Of a stretch of DNA of 64,000 bases, positions 1 to 15,100 are shown piece after piece; the first letter of the stretch is position 1; each line of letters opens with the position of its first letter. Position numbers and translations under genes: made by a program. Source of the stretch: Phoronis australis (lineage: Eukaryota; Animalia; Phoronida); the NCBI GenBank assembly GCA_002633005.1, contig NMRA01000047.1, positions 955,326 through 1,019,325 on the forward strand, read 5' to 3'. The notes under the pieces were generated by a model. It was not told the origin of the DNA. It made no database searches and worked only from the letters and a program-made list of their open reading frames with translations.

Positions 1-994
1 GAGACAGTTCAAGCTCAGCTTCTGATAAGCACAACTTGCACCAAGGAACCAGAGTTAGCTTAATCAGGAATCAAAAATGTTTAAGCAAGCTTCAGTAAAG
101 TTCAAAAGGATAACAACTCCAGTCATGCACCCCACAGTCATCTTAATCTCAGGAATAACTTTGCAATACAGATGTCTGAAGAGATAGGGATGAGGCAAGG
201 CTACACCCTCAAGGTCGTTGAGTTCAATGGACACAATGTCAAATCAAGATGTCTTGGGCAAACTGTAACTGGGAACGCTTTGAAAAATAAACCGTGTAGT
301 TCTTTAGTCATTGTCATAATTGCATATTTTGTACATCAAAGGATGACTGCAATGTAACAAACAATGAAGAGTTTATCAAGTATCATTTCATGACAGCTAT
401 ACAGTGGAAACAACCTCATCTAGGGAATAAAATAAAATTTTCTTAATGTTAACTTTTTATGAGATATTTTGACAAAAATATGAAAATTCATGCGTTATTC
501 ACGCTGTGTATTGAATGAGTGAAGATTTACAGAAAATTATGCTCAGCCTGGTGCTGCATTATAGTCAGAATCAATGTCCAGCATGTATGAAACAACTTCA
601 TGTAAAGCGTGGACAGGGCAGGGAACGTTTGAGAAAAAATCCTGACTATGGGTCAGTTGGCCCATAGGATATGTATATTTTCATGCACGATATAGTTGAC
701 CCGAATACTAACATTGTAGTTTTGGTCACAGACATTAGTTTTGATGAGCTGCTCCGGATTGTTCTTGTAATAGAATTTGAACGCATCCCATTTTTTACAC
801 ACCCCATGGGCGGACTCAACCAATGAAAATTTTCATAAGCTGATGACGTCGTAAACAGTCGTAAAATCGTCCCTGCACTAAAACTGTTGGTCATTAAGTA
901 AATGTGTATTCTTAGACAGCTGCTTAAAGCTCGAAATATTGTTTATTAATTTCCATACCACAGTTAAAGAGTCATGCATTATAGTAAAAGTATT

Positions 995-1498
995 TTAAGG
1001 CTACGAAGGACCCGAGAAAAATGTCCAAATTTAGCTAACTCAGAACATCATAACATAAAACTGGGTAACCGACTTCAAAGGAACTTTCATATACTTTACC
1101 ACATGCATTGTTTAAACGATCTAATTTTGCAACAGGGGCTATCAAAATAAGACTTCTGCAATTTTTATGAAAAAAGTAAAAAGTTGCATAAACAAAAACA
1201 AAAACAAAATGATACTTTGAAAACCTGTAACAGTCTTTTAGAGATTTCATCTTGAACATTTATATCAAATGGAATTTAATCATGTTACTGACGTCATTAT
1301 TTTGCTGTTTAGCTGAATTTTACTAAAAAGACATGGTCGCATGACTCAATCGATCGCAGATGGGGATATAGTCAAAAATCAAGCTCTCCAGATTTTGCAC
1401 TTTCACAAGATATATAGCTTTACAGAGTTACAGCTTATAGTTTTATAGATGTGTGCTTGAATGCACAGCCCTGTCGATAAGGTCCAACAAACCGTTAA
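995..1498 (-). mobile_element. Family A ~500-bp non-autonomous DNA transposon (TTAA-GG termini, Kolobok-like), degenerate copy
   Basis: TTAAGGCTACGAAGGACCC...GGTCCAACAAACCGTTAA; internal blocks (tactaaaaagacatggtc, gagatttcatcttgaaca) are the reverse complement of the 8630, 59178 and 63230 copies. Confidence 0.7.
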
Positions 1499-2732
1499 CG
1501 TTTTATATATTTTTTCAAAGGCCAGTGCTCTGGAAATAAAGGACATTTCATAGCAAAAATATAGAGCAAATAATGAAAATACAGGTAAGTTAAAAAATTG
1601 AAGGATTTTATCCAATGGCTAATATTTTAGTTGACAAAAAAGAAGACTGATTTGTAAATGTGGTTAACAAGATGAGCTACATAAGCAAGGACAAACTTGC
1701 ACAATGTAAAGCACAGTATAAATACTCCCATTGGCCACATACAACTTGGTAATGGACTGTTGCTCACAACCAATGGCAGTGCAGAGACAAGAGTTTTCAA
1801 GTAAAGTTGTATAGGACTTGTCAATTAAAATAGAGGATGTCTAAGTCTGCTCCTATTTTCAATCAATGGACTCCAGACTAGACATATTTGACTTTTGGAC
1901 TAGAGTCTATACAACTATGTGTGCGAAAAATTGAAGTGTGTATACAAGGGCTTTTAAGCTCTTAAAAGACATTTACTAAATCCTTAGGGGTTACATGAAA
2001 AGTCTATGAGACAGTGTCTGGAATGCCACGAAGTAATGGCAGATCAAAAATGCCAATTACCGTAATCCCCACTTCCAGTACCTCTCCATTCATCTACTAA
2101 AAAGCTTCACACCTGGCCATGCGTGACAGTGCCATTATGAATGTCCTCATCGGTCAAACACAGTTGATTGATTTAAAGGTAAGCGGTGGTTAGGTGATCG
2201 ACCCCAGCAGCTATTCAAGGGTTCATCAGGAAAGGTCAAACGGGTAATACTACTTGAAAAAAACGCACTACAACACGCTCGCATTGCTCAAAATAAACAC
2301 TGATAGTTCATTGAACTGTGCTGGGAGAACTCAGGATTTCAGTGAGTCCTGAAGAAAGGTGTACTTTTTAAATTCACGACGATAAATTGGATCACTTTGC
2401 TTGCCTGATACCTACAATGTATAACTGTATGTTTAAGCACGAGTATTGTTCTACAGTTTTTATCCTTTTCCTCTAAATATTATTGTTTCCGACCTATTAC
2501 TAATAAACTGTATAACAGTTAGCATGACCCGTGAATCTTTTGCAGTATTTCTATTACCTATAGCCCACTAAACAACCTAAAAAATACAACCGCATGGAAA
2601 TTTGTCTACTACTTATCCGAGGTTAACGGTTACAGGGCTGTCACTCAAATCGAATCTCCCGCTAGCCATAAAGCAGCTATATACATATCTTCAGTCTTTT
2701 CATTCACCGAGTCGCCATAATATTGAGTCACG

Positions 2733-3925
2733 TAAAGGATATCGCAAATATTATAAAAAATTGGCTGTTTTTACAATATCTCACATGCCTAGCAAAATGC
2801 CTTATCTTAGTTCTCGGGAACTTCAGAAACAAAAAATATACCATGTAGTGAAAAAAGACTTAGCAGAAACACCTTGGAACCGCATGGAAATTTCTGTACT
2901 ACTTATCCGAGGTCAAAGGTTACACGGCTGTCACTCAAATTGAATCTCCTGCCAGGCATAGAGCTGCTCCAAATGTATCTTCAGTGTTTCATTCACCAAG
3001 TCACCATAACGTTGAGTAAACGAGGTGTACATATGATAGAAAGATGCCAGGGAAACGAAGACAAAACACAGTTTTGATCCTGAGGGTTTTATGCATCTGC
3101 ATGCATACGACCGTTGAGAATGAATGCTCCAAGTCGCCGCACGCCTCTGTGTTCACGAACACAGCAAGGTGTGAAAAGAGATAAATCCTCCCCCAACTTC
3201 ATTTATTTAATAGGTAATTTAACATTTTCTTGTTTCGATCTCATCCTCAGTCGGAATGGAGATCGTCACAAAATTAAAAGTTTTAGTGATAATTAAGTTA
3301 ATTACGCACTGCAAATTCAGTTGCCATTGCGACAGAATGTTGACATAGCAAACATGGTTGAGGCATGTATATGTCATATTGATCGAAAACAAGTTTTCTC
3401 CAAATAATTCACCGATGACCTTGAGATTTTCACGGTTCACAACTTCATGAGCTTTTTCTCGGCTTTGGTGGCAAATTGACTTAATTTGAACTTAGGTGCA
3501 CGAATTCTCGGAAACGGCTCAGTGGATTTCATATTTATTCGTGAACCTCAAAAATGCTACTGAGATTTTCATTATAAGTGTCTAGCTCTTGCGTAATATA
3601 ACAAAGGCTAATACAAAACCTTACGCTTTGCGAGTTGATTTGACATAGAAACCAAACTAAAAGACAACTCGAAATTCCTAACAGGATTTTCGAGGATAGT
3701 GGTGAAGTTTTAAAATCGACCAAGGGCTCATTTTGGTATGAATGCAATTTGCTTAAAACTGTGCTCATGTAATAATAACACTGGCACATTAATATCAAAG
3801 ATATTTTTTAATCCCTGATCTTTTTTCTTTCAGAAAATATACAGTTTTTGTAGTTGACAAAGACTGTTTTTTTTGATATACGAATTAATATGGAGGCCAC
3901 TAAATAAGGTTTGAGATAACCTTAA
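2733..3925 (+). mobile_element. Family B non-autonomous DNA transposon, copy 1; preceded by a duplicate (2588-2732) of its own internal ~145 bp
   Basis: 3' end gaggccactaaataaggtttgagataaccttaa identical to the 20570 end; shares ctacttatccgaggtcaaaggttaca with ~18935. Confidence 0.75.
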
Positions 3926-6614
3926 GTTGGGTTGAATGATGCAAAAAGATTAAATCATCCAGTGGAATGTTGATCAGGAGATCTTAATTTCCAGAAAGGG
4001 ATTGCTTCTGTCAAGCAGATCTATTTACTATGTCTGACCTTAAAGAAAAAATTCCTCTGGCACCCCGACACAGGCTGAGACTAAAAGGTTGCAAAGTTTC
4101 AAGAATGAACACCATTGCACATGAGCCTGTATCCAACAAAAGCCCCGACATGACCTGGAAAGGACAACGCAAGAACTCTAATCAAAGTGAGAACAATTGT
4201 CTTGCAGTATTGGCATAGTGAAGTGGTGTTAGTTTGAATGTCTGGAAAGTCGATGTTTCTTAAACTTGTAAATAGGAGACTCATTCGGATCGTAAACAAC
4301 ACAAAACATTAACAAACTTCCACGTGATAATGCCCTTTCTGTTGAATTCTGTCAGCCTCAAAACGTGTTGGTTACAACTTGAAAAAAGAACACAAGTCAC
4401 TGAGAAAAAATCTTTAGTTGGTTTGCACCAAAACAATTTACAAAAGTACACTACAACAATTAACAAAATTGCACAAAAATGATCACCAAAACTGTTTTTT
4501 CCAGATGAAGAGGCTGATGACTTTGGTGCAAATGATGAAGGTGTACACTAACTGTGCAATACTTGATCACTCATGCTAGTAACTAAGAGAAATAATCATT
4601 TTTCGTTAAGAAATTTGGCAAATTAAAACTCAGAACTATAATAATAATTACCATATATAGTAGTAGGCTGACACAGACAATTTCGTGTAGAACGCAATCA
4701 AATAGCATTTCACAGAATATGGGGTAAGGAAAATACGTCACCAAAATTCCATTTGAAAAATAAAAGACGATGTACGAAAGAGAGCACCTTTCTAACAAAT
4801 CGAAAAGAAAACATCCAATAACGTGATTATAAACGCTGTGACTCATTAAGTCATTTTTGCTGATAGCACATCATCAAGACCGACGTTTTTTGATGCGCGT
4901 TTTAATACCATCCATTATCACTTGCCCAAAGCACAAACCGCTAAGGTTCAGCTGTTTAGAGTGGAGTGGAAAACTTAGTTAACAAATTCAGATAAATCAG
5001 TTGCACTGAGATGTACTTAAAATAAAACTGGAGGTAAATGAAAGGTTTTGAGTGCGGTAGTGGAGTTGGCGGTGCTTAGACTGATCGAGCAGTGGTGGAA
5101 CACAGGACTGTCAATGGCAATTTTGGCCAACAGTGCCACCGTACCCAAATTTAAGGCGGAAGTCCATACAGTCACTTAAAAGATCCCAAATTCAAGATTA
5201 TTTAGTTTGATTGCAGAGATAAGACTACAATCTTGTTACAGTGTAAGTGGGTCATGAAAGATACTGTATAACAGAAAAATAAGGTTTGACAGAAGTAAAG
5301 GTTTTGGTTTCACTGTTGCATATACTAAACATGGATGCACCATGGAAGCTTTAGTAAATTTAGTTATTTGTGTGGTGACACTAGACTGTTAAAATTTATT
5401 TGGTCACACACAAACAATTTTCTAGTAATAACTATGAAAATAAGCAAGTCTAGTCTTCTTAGAGAAACAGAACAAGTAAAAAATTCAGGAAATGAAATAC
5501 ATAACGCAAGACAGGCGCCCAAGTGAGATCAACCACAATAGACCATCAGAACTCCTCTGCCACTCGCCGCAAGCTATTCCAGGGAACATTCAACTATAGT
5601 TTTGAAGAGGGTGCTGCTGGAACAGTATGACACCCTCTCATTGAGAAACAACACCCATTAGTAAGAGACTCCACATAATGAACACGTCACCATTTCATAG
5701 CAGTGCTCTAGAATTACCACTATTAATTCCATAAACCTAACCCATTCATAGTGATTCTTGGAAAGCTGAATTTTTTACCCATTAAGCTTGAAACAGAACA
5801 AGAAGAAACGCCATAATGTCAAAAATGAGAAAATGTTTCGCAACTAAAGTCTTTAAAACCCGTCCGTAGACTTGTGCTATAAGAAAGGACACCATTTAGA
5901 AGTTTTGAACTCTCAAAGTGAACTGTTTTGTAGGGAACTTTTCCAGAAAAGACAATTTCATACGAAACTGGTCACGAATAAAGCCACCCTTTGATATCAC
6001 TAGCATCTCTTTTAAGAGCGTACCGTAAACCCTGGGCACATGATATTTACGTATCATTGTATTGAAACCTTCAAACACAAAAACACTCGGTCACTCTCCT
6101 GACTCGTGTATTCCACATACTGACTGGCATTTCATGCTTAAACTCCTTGAATAAATTTTGTGACTGACAACATTTGCTTCTTCAATTAAACCAAGCACTT
6201 TCCCAACAGGTGCCCACATGCAGGAGAGTAAAATGGCAACGAGGGCCATTAATAACTAAGCACTTTGAGTGAAAAAGCTAATGAGACGGCACCGACGGCC
6301 AGGTAGAGAGAAGACAGGTACAAGGTCTACATACCTGGCAAGTAATGAAGGATTGCATTCAATGAACACTGTGAGGTGATGAGGGCCAGCAGCATTACCA
6401 GTTGAGGGAAATTCAATAGAAACGCTTCCAATTTTCCTACATTTTATAACTATTTCCTAAAAATTTGGCCTCCTGCCTTTAATTTCGTTATCAATGATAA
6501 TATCAAATTATTAGGATTACGTAGGCCCTTATTGACAAACCTGTGCAATGGGCTAAATATTTATAAAAGTGTAGAATTTAAAATTATGTTTAACTCTATT
6601 TTGAATACTTCTGT

Positions 6615-6963
6615 AAAAATATAAACTGTGCATGTGGTTAATGTTTAAAAACTTCAAATGAATTCAATTTCATACAAATAATTGCTGTTTTCTATTGGAA
6701 AATGACACTTTTCCAAAGACTATTACCAACACAACTGATTTGTTTACACACAACCTGTCAATCAAATTAAATCTCCCACAAATGTCTTAACAATTATAAA
6801 AATATAAGCTGTACATGCAGTTAATTGTTTAAAAATTTCAAATAAATTCAATTTCATAAAAACAGTTGTTGTTTTCTATTGGAAAATGACACTTTTCGAA
6901 AGACTGTTACCAACACACCTGGTTTGTTTATGCACAACCTGTCAACCAAATTAAATCTCCCAC
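6615..6963. repeat. Diverged tandem duplication, ~183-bp period x2
   Basis: tgttttctattggaaaatgacactttt..caacctgtcaa..aaattaaatctcccac occurs twice. Confidence 0.9.
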
Positions 6964-7067
6964 CAAAATTTTCCCACAATGCAAAGCCCTATCATTTCTT
7001 AGCTCACCAACTCTATATAGTGAATCAGTTTTTGATTAAACCAGATTATGGCCAAATAAAAGAAACA

Positions 7068-7181
7068 TAAAAATCAGCGCAACATTTCCCTTTAATCGCT
7101 AAAGCATTACAATATGATAATTCTTTAGCGATTAAAGCGAAACATTGAACTTGAAAACCTATGGAGTTGCGCTGATTTTTA
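7068..7181. repeat. Nested inverted repeats
   Basis: Outer perfect 16-bp pair TAAAAATCAGCGCAAC/GTTGCGCTGATTTTTA; inner perfect pair TTTAATCGCTAAAG/CTTTAGCGATTAAA. Confidence 0.85.
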
Positions 7182-8629
7182 AATTTCCTCATAAAACAGC
7201 TATATCATTTCAAATTTCTAAGCATTTTGACACATTGGTAGGCCGTATAAAACTCAGCTTCGGACAGCAAGCTGGACTTCGAGTTCTGGGCGCTCCAGTC
7301 ACATATTGGTTGGTTTGGCAAACTAGACTGCCTGGATTTGAAAAGCAGCCAAGAGTTCACAAAAACTTCATAAATTGGCTGCAAATCCTACTAAGTTCTG
7401 ATATTTTGTCACACAACTCTTATAAAAATTTTCTGTATGCCTTCATACAATTAATTTTGGGATAAACCCGACGATATCTGTGAATGAAGAGATGAACCAT
7501 TAAAAGGTGACCTGCTGACCAAGATTTCTCTCCACCAACAGTAAATCATGTGGTCAGCATTTGACAATTCTCTTAAAGCATCTCTTAAAATATGCAAATT
7601 ACTGCTTACGACTCTGACAAATTTTGATATTTTTTTTAAAAATAAAACTAAAAAAGAAAGTTGAGTACTTTACAGTGGCTGTCGCAACAGTGACTGTCAC
7701 ATTTGTTGGCCGGAGCAAAGACAAGATAGTTGAAAATCGTGGGAAGCCGTTAATGCACACAAAAACGGATTGTGGTGGCTGTGAGGAAACAATTAAATTG
7801 ACAGAAGAATGGTGTTAGCGAGATGAGCTATGTAGGTGTGAGGAAGGAAGAGTGAATGGTATCAGTGGAAATCATGACTTCACTTATGAAAGAACAGGCA
7901 GGTCAGTTTTCCTAAACCAACCATGCGACTAATACTTTTGAATTTATTAATAATTTGCGTGGCCCAAACCCATATAATAATCGTAGCAGGTAACAGTAAT
8001 TTTGATATTTACACCAAATTTAAAAGCTACATTTCTCCATGTTAAGCAGGCTAAAATCAAAAATCAAGTTAGTTTTTTTTTTTACAATCACAAAGTTGAT
8101 TTCAGCCTGTGCCTTCCTGTCACAGGAATCTCTTTCCAATCCCGGCAAGAACATCGAAAACAAGAGGAACTCAAGAAAAGACCTCAAAAGAATTTATTGG
8201 CATTGGCCAACCCTACAACCGCGGATTCAAAAATGACGTGTGTGCGCATCGCTTGCCACTCAAGTTGCCAACTCATCAGACAATAATTCAAGATGAACTT
8301 GGTAATGTTTGAAGCCCCAAAGCGCTTCCAGTTAGAATTTAACATCGACAGCTAAACAGGGCCGAAATGCAGCTTGACAGATATTGTGGCATTGTAAGTA
8401 AATACAGTTAGATGTGTAACTCTGTAATGCGTGACGGCCCTATTACATCAAAGCCCAAAAGGTTTCTACTTTTTCTTCCAAATTAATAACCAGAAGTAGT
8501 CTCACAGAGTCAGCAAATGGGTGTAACAATGTAGGACGGTAGAAATTCCCCTGGGCAATTTTGGAAGCAGTAGCCGATCAAGAACTTTTGGAATTATCCC
8601 ACGCAGTTACATCGCTTAGAATAGGTGTC

Positions 8630-9151
8630 TTAAAGGTTATGTAGAGCCTTATCCTTAAGTCTACACACTTAGCCAAATATCTACAGAACTATCGCATCTA
8701 ACCCAGCAAAATTACACGTTTTCCGAAAGAAAGCCTGTAGAATTTGATTTTAGACTTTATGCTAATCTGGGTCACGTGACCATGTCTTTTTAGTAAACGT
8801 TAACAAAACAAAAAGTACATATGATAGCAAAGCAACAGCATCAATCACATGAGCAGATCTGGTCTCCAATATTTGTTCAAAAAGAAATCTCAAAAAGCTA
8901 CTTCAGTTTTTAATATTATTTCGTTTTAGTTTTATCCATTTTTGATTTTCTTCATGAAAATCTATTAAGTCTTATTCTTGATAGCCCCTCATGCAAAAGT
9001 GGAACATTTTCAATACAATTAACAGCCATTTTGGGAGCTCTGCATCAAGCAGAACAAGAAACTCATAAAAATTTGAACTGTCATTTTTGGTATTTGTCGC
9101 TCCGAAGATAGCAAAATTTGGACATTTTTCCCCAGTCCTACAAAACCTTAA
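8630..9151 (+). mobile_element. Family A copy
   Basis: TTAAAGGTTATGTAGAG ... GTCCTACAAAACCTTAA inverted termini; internal gggtcacgtgaccatgtctttttagtaaa. Confidence 0.75.
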
Positions 9152-12100
9152 CACATAGTGTAAACTGAACTTGAACATATCCAATAGCACCGGTACCAAC
9201 CAACATCTAAGTTATTAACCACTGATGCCTGCATCAGATATTTCAAACTTTTAAGTTAAAAATACTCCTCGTAGTTGACAGCCAAATCTGATGGTACTGC
9301 AGTAAGCATTTCAGCTATTGCCACACCCTACTTAAATACACCTGTGTACAGTGAAGTTGCAAAGCTATCTTTTAACTTTGGTCCCAGACAATCATGACGC
9401 GTTTCCACTAAACAATACCACTGACACAGCATCAGCATTAGTGGGAAAGGGGCATTTTAGCGGGGGGAAAGGTAATTTTAGGAAGTGAGCCCACGACCTC
9501 ATAGTTCAGTATCTTGTATTTATAAGCCGCATGACGAAGGAATAATGATTTACGACTACTCTTGACACCCATCGATCACGGCAATCTTACACCACGACTA
9601 GTGAAACAACAATAATCACACTCCATCTTATGTTTGGGACTATTCTTTGAAGTTCACTAATTTAAACCTATCAGCCAGTGACTATCATGCACAGTTGCTA
9701 CACGCAACATCTCAACATAAGGCAAAAATAATATCCACCTAATTATTGTACCTTTCACCCAACTATATTGTCATTTACTACCTATCTGTTCCCTAACTGC
9801 TATCAAATTTCCATCCACTTAAGGAAATTGGACAGATCGGAACAAATCCAGTCGTGTCATGAATCAAAAAAACATTTCTAAAAGGGAAACCTAATCCTTC
9901 AGCAATAACAAACTACGGCAAGATCTCATCAATTTTGGATTAAAATAATAGCCGAAATTGGTTATTTTTTCATTATCTAAAGGCGTCTAACATTGTTGCG
10001 GTTGCCCACAATAACCGAAAACAATGTCTGGTGGCACTGTGATTGTAGTATAGTACTAAAATCTTTGGTCACGTATTGGTCGCAGATTGACAGATTTCAC
10101 CGAGTTCTATTCTGATGCCCTGCATGATCGGGAGATTTTTTGTAACATCATTTGGAGATTTTTTATGCCAAAACCTGGCCAGCATTCCCAATAATCTTCA
10201 GATCGTACGGCAAAATGAAAAATGAATTATTTTGCTCTAGGTTAGAGGAGGTTGTACCAAATTTCACAGTCAATACTAAGAATTAGAATCAAAGACCGAC
10301 AATCATTAAATGTTTCACACACTGGGGATGCAAGAACTTGTTGCATGGACATTTATTTTCGACGAATTTGATACAAATACTCAGTGTCTAATATTTGAAA
10401 AATAAGATGAACGTCATTTTCCAGAATCAAAAAATTCAGACAATTTCAACTTGAATTTCGATGTCTCAAATAATGGAAACTGTACCAAACTGGTGAAAAT
10501 GTACCGTAATACTTATAAGGCCATCATTATATGGTAGAGAAAGAGAAACGGGTAAGCAAAATTTCCTTAAACGTTCGCCGTTAATGATGCCCCAGGCCCA
10601 ACACTAATGTATTACAAGCAGAGAGACGAAGTCGATTTCAGATCTTATTTTAGTCAAACTGTCACTGAATGGGTTTGTTGATTCCGCAGTTTCATTACTT
10701 TCTTGAAGTTCACCCTAATTACTTAGTATTTCAGACAACCATAAGACAGGCATAGTTTAGTCCGTTAAGTCATATTCTTGATTTAACTCATTTCCCATTC
10801 TCGCCTCGTAAATAAATTGTGTATCTTTTCAGCCCAGGTTCATCCTGTTTTTTCATCAAATTTAATGTTCGCATGTTTTGTAGACAGAGTAATTATCAAT
10901 TAACGTCTCCAACACTAGAGAGCGTGTAAACTTGATACAAGGCTGGCAAATAAACTACAGCAAACTGAATGTTGCTTTAAATAGAATACCATAAACATTC
11001 GAGTTACTGTCCATGCTCACGTAAACGCCTACCCCACATTTTTTAAAATTTAAATTGAGAATTTGCTCAGCTCGGCTAAGCGTCCACCTTCTACTTCTGA
11101 TCACTGTCAATTAACCGTCCACAGAATTGACTTTTGAAATAGTTATGGTTTCAAATGCTCAAACTGGGTCAATTACAAGCCGCATTGTTGTTCCTGCCGA
11201 GAGTTAGTCATCCCCAGGGATGTCGGCAAACATATTTAATATATTTTATGTGAAATAACTAAGCAGTTATCATAGATTAAATACAGGACAACTTGCCAAA
11301 ACCTGTTATTACTGACACTACAGGGAGAGTTCCAATTTTGGGGGTACCTACAGGGAGAATCTGGTGATGTTAACTACAGCAAGAGGTTAACAGATGGCAA
11401 CGGGGAGTTGCTCAGCAAAATCGGCAGGTCCCGGACCACGACACATGCACAAACAATGCGTTAAGGCGAATGCAGAAATCAGCCACTATCACGTTCACAA
11501 TTCAACACCATTTTTCCGCTAGAATGAATTTTTTTAAAAACGTCGCTGAGCCATACTTGAGTATCTGAGTGTTGCGCCAGATTTTGTCCCTTGTGTCGTG
11601 GACGGAGTTTCCTTGTTTTGGCAAGTTCCTTTCCCATTTGTCAACCTGGGAATTTTGCCACGCCGCAATTTGCTCGTCGACAGTATGTGAAAGAGGTAAC
11701 CCTGTATATGAACAAACATCCTAACTACGGCTTGTTAAAAGTGTAATTGATGTTCATATTCTTTATGTGAGACACTCTGTGTTTCCAATATTGTGGACTA
11801 TATCAAATGTGTGCACACTTGTTTACTGTTGCTCACTGTCAACCCAAGCAAATGTGGACTTGTTGAATTAGTGTCACAAACTATTAAACTTCAATGAAGA
11901 GTGAAATGTTAGCGTAAATTTGAAATATGCTACTTTTAAATTGGCTAGATTTTTTATGGTACTTGTATTGGTCGTGGGCATTAATGGAATGAGGTATTTA
12001 TCGCCAGAAAATGTCAAGCATAGTACTTGGTGAATGTAAAACTTAATGTAGTGTTGAGACCGTTTCATACGAGCTTAACTCCGGAAATAGAAAAGCGTCG

Positions 12101-15100
12101 ATGTGAACTGCGAAATCAGCAGGCATTGAAGTTATTACGGTTTGATGAGTCGTCAAAGTAATTGCAAGATAGCTCTCTCTAATACAGGCAAGTCCTTTTT
12201 AAGTATGAAATGAAGTACTTATAATTGCTGAATGGCAAAATATATAAACAAAGTATCCAACAATATTCCATCTCAAAGGTGCTGTTGGAGGGGGCATATA
12301 ACACAGATTTGTCCCAATTTCATAAACTGATGCCAAAAAGATCCAAACATCGATTTCTTGAAGTTTTACCTACACGCAGATTTAGGATGCCCCTAAAGAT
12401 GTGAACAAAAAAATAACTAAGAGCTACACAAACACTTTCCCACGGAGAATTGTACTTGTTCCCCTTTGCGACATCCTAGATTCGTTTGTGCTACATAAAC
12501 AAAGACACCTCTGACAAATGTGAAATTTAGGTAGAAATCTTTCGGAATTTTGCGGCACAAAGTTGGTTTTATGTTTGGACAACTATAATCATTTTTCCCC
12601 AGTTTACTGTTTTTTCTGGACTTTGAGAGCTTCCAAGTTTTAGGTGCTGTGGCTGTATTTGACTATATGCTGATCAGGATTATGTTATGTAGTTGGCAAC
12701 ACGTTTAGTTGATGTGAATAATCTAAGACAAAGTGTTTATTCTTCAATAAAATCATATTTCCAATTTTTATATCACACTTAATGTCTACTCCTGTGTTAG
12801 TGATGCCCTCACATTTAGTATGAAATCATTGTGAAATTTGACATTGCACGCTTTTATGTAATACCACGTTACAATAATCCTGTGCAAAACCAGCATTTTC
12901 ATATTAAATAATTTGTTAGTTAAGATCAAAAGTAATATTCAAGTGATTAGGCAATAGAAGTGCTGTTGAACATAACACTGCCTACTGCTGATCACAGCTT
13001 CCTCTGGCTGCTCTCATAAGCTTGTAATTACAAATGTTCTTGTACTGGCACACAGTGCAATAACCACCCAATGCTTATTGAAATAATGAAGAAAACATAT
13101 ACACATGCACACATAATTAGTAAATGAGGCAAAGCAGACGACTGCTTTTCGACTTTCTGGCCAACCTGCAGAACCTCTTGAACATGAATACAGGTGCACA
13201 GTAGTGGTGGCCTGTTACGGTTTCAATGTTAAACTTGAACGTAAAAGAAATAAAAAAATCGCTGTTTGCTACTGTCAATACTTTGCCAACCTTGAAATCC
13301 ATCGTTGAAACTTACAGGTAATCATGGAAAAAATCATGTCTGACAGTGTGATCTACACAGCTAGCGTCTCATGAAAACTCTATACGTTCATTATATAATG
13401 CTTTTCCAATAACGATCGTCAAAAGACATGCTATTCTTGGGATTCTTCGGGCGAAAATATTGATTACTTTGCCTTCATCTCATTATATCAGACTAACAAT
13501 GCCTGAAATTCCAGTATTTTGGGGGTCAGTTTTTCAGTGGGACACCAATTTCTCAGGTGTGCCATCAAATCTCGAAACATCAATTGCGGGAAAAATTTAT
13601 TCATTAATTTGATGTTGGTTTACTCAATTAAAATTCAAAGCCAACCTGCTGTCCACCAACGGCAGTAATGCATGCTGGTCATCTGATGCTTATTTATTAG
13701 TAAATCTCACAAATATGTGACAGTGCATTTCTCAGGCCTGCCTATAGGGGGCTACAGAATATGCTGGAATTTACGTCAGACCGCATGGGAACGGGACAGA
13801 TTAGTGGATATAATTCCAGTAAAAAGATTACAGCAAAATTTCTGGCGTTCTGAAATGCGTGGCTATTATCTGCGCAGCAATTTCCACAATTTAATTAGAC
13901 CAACTCTAAGCACAGTTCATCCTACATTATAAAAATTGATTTTTATGAACAGTGTTACTGTGAAAATGATTGTTTAAAATGTCACAGGAAAGTAGACTCC
14001 TTGTTGAACACCACTCGGTATTTATATGACAGATTAACTTGGCGAGCGTCCAGTATTCGGTACATATAACTTGTCGATTTCAGCAAAAGACAAAATGACA
14101 CAGGTTCTAAAAACGTTTCAAATTTATTTTCTCAAATGAACTGGAATGTGTTACAACTTGACTGGGTTTTGCCCATGTCATTAAGTCGAGACTCGTGTAA
14201 GATTCTTTATTTAGCGCTTTAATCCACACTAAGTGTTGCAGTGCTATCAAAAATTAAAAATCAAAGTTTGAGAAAAAACAAAAATTGCTGCATTCTGTGT
14301 TGAGAGAGCGTTACCTTCTCCACCCTGACCTGACGTCGAATAATTAAAACAGTGAAAGACAGGTCGTTATTCTGACCAATTGGACTCAAAGTTCTATTAC
14401 CACTGCAACAATTGGTTTCTATCATCATCATGAATGGAGACATCACCCAAGACAGAGTGGAAGCCTTGTAGTTAAGGATAGATAGGCCAACCCTTCCAAA
14501 TCATTCCAATGCCAAACATGGTCAGTTTGGAAGTGAAAAAATTTCTTCATCTGTTGCAGAAAGCTTTGTTTTGAGTGGTTCAGTAGCTTGTTTTGTAATT
14601 TGCATTTTAGGTAGAGATTAAATGGAAATGCCCTTTTAGTTTTGAATATCAAAGGTGTCTCCATAGCGATGCATTCACCACGCAATTAAACCCCACAATT
14701 TAGTCTAAAATTAACACCAGGAAACACCCCCAGTGCGTAGGTCCCAGCCAACACAAACAGTTAAAACACAGTCATACCACTTCATATTGGATGAGACAAT
14801 ATCAGTGATTAGGTTCAACTATGTTTAGGGAGAGAGCTTGGAGCTGGTCTGCAGAATAAAACAACCCCATAACCCAGTGGATTTGTCTAGGCGGCGGAAG
14901 GAAGGATGAATCCCAGTTATAAGAGCTGAGGGCTAAGGTCACAGGTTGAGTCACAGCTAAGAGTGTCCACATTATTTCTGTTGGCAACACTGTCCTCGGA
15001 CTGTAAGCCTTGACCCAACAAGGCTGTCTCATTTCCCCAACTATGGGCCATAGCAGCAGTATTCCAATGGGACAAAAATTGTATTTTATCGTTGAGCTTA

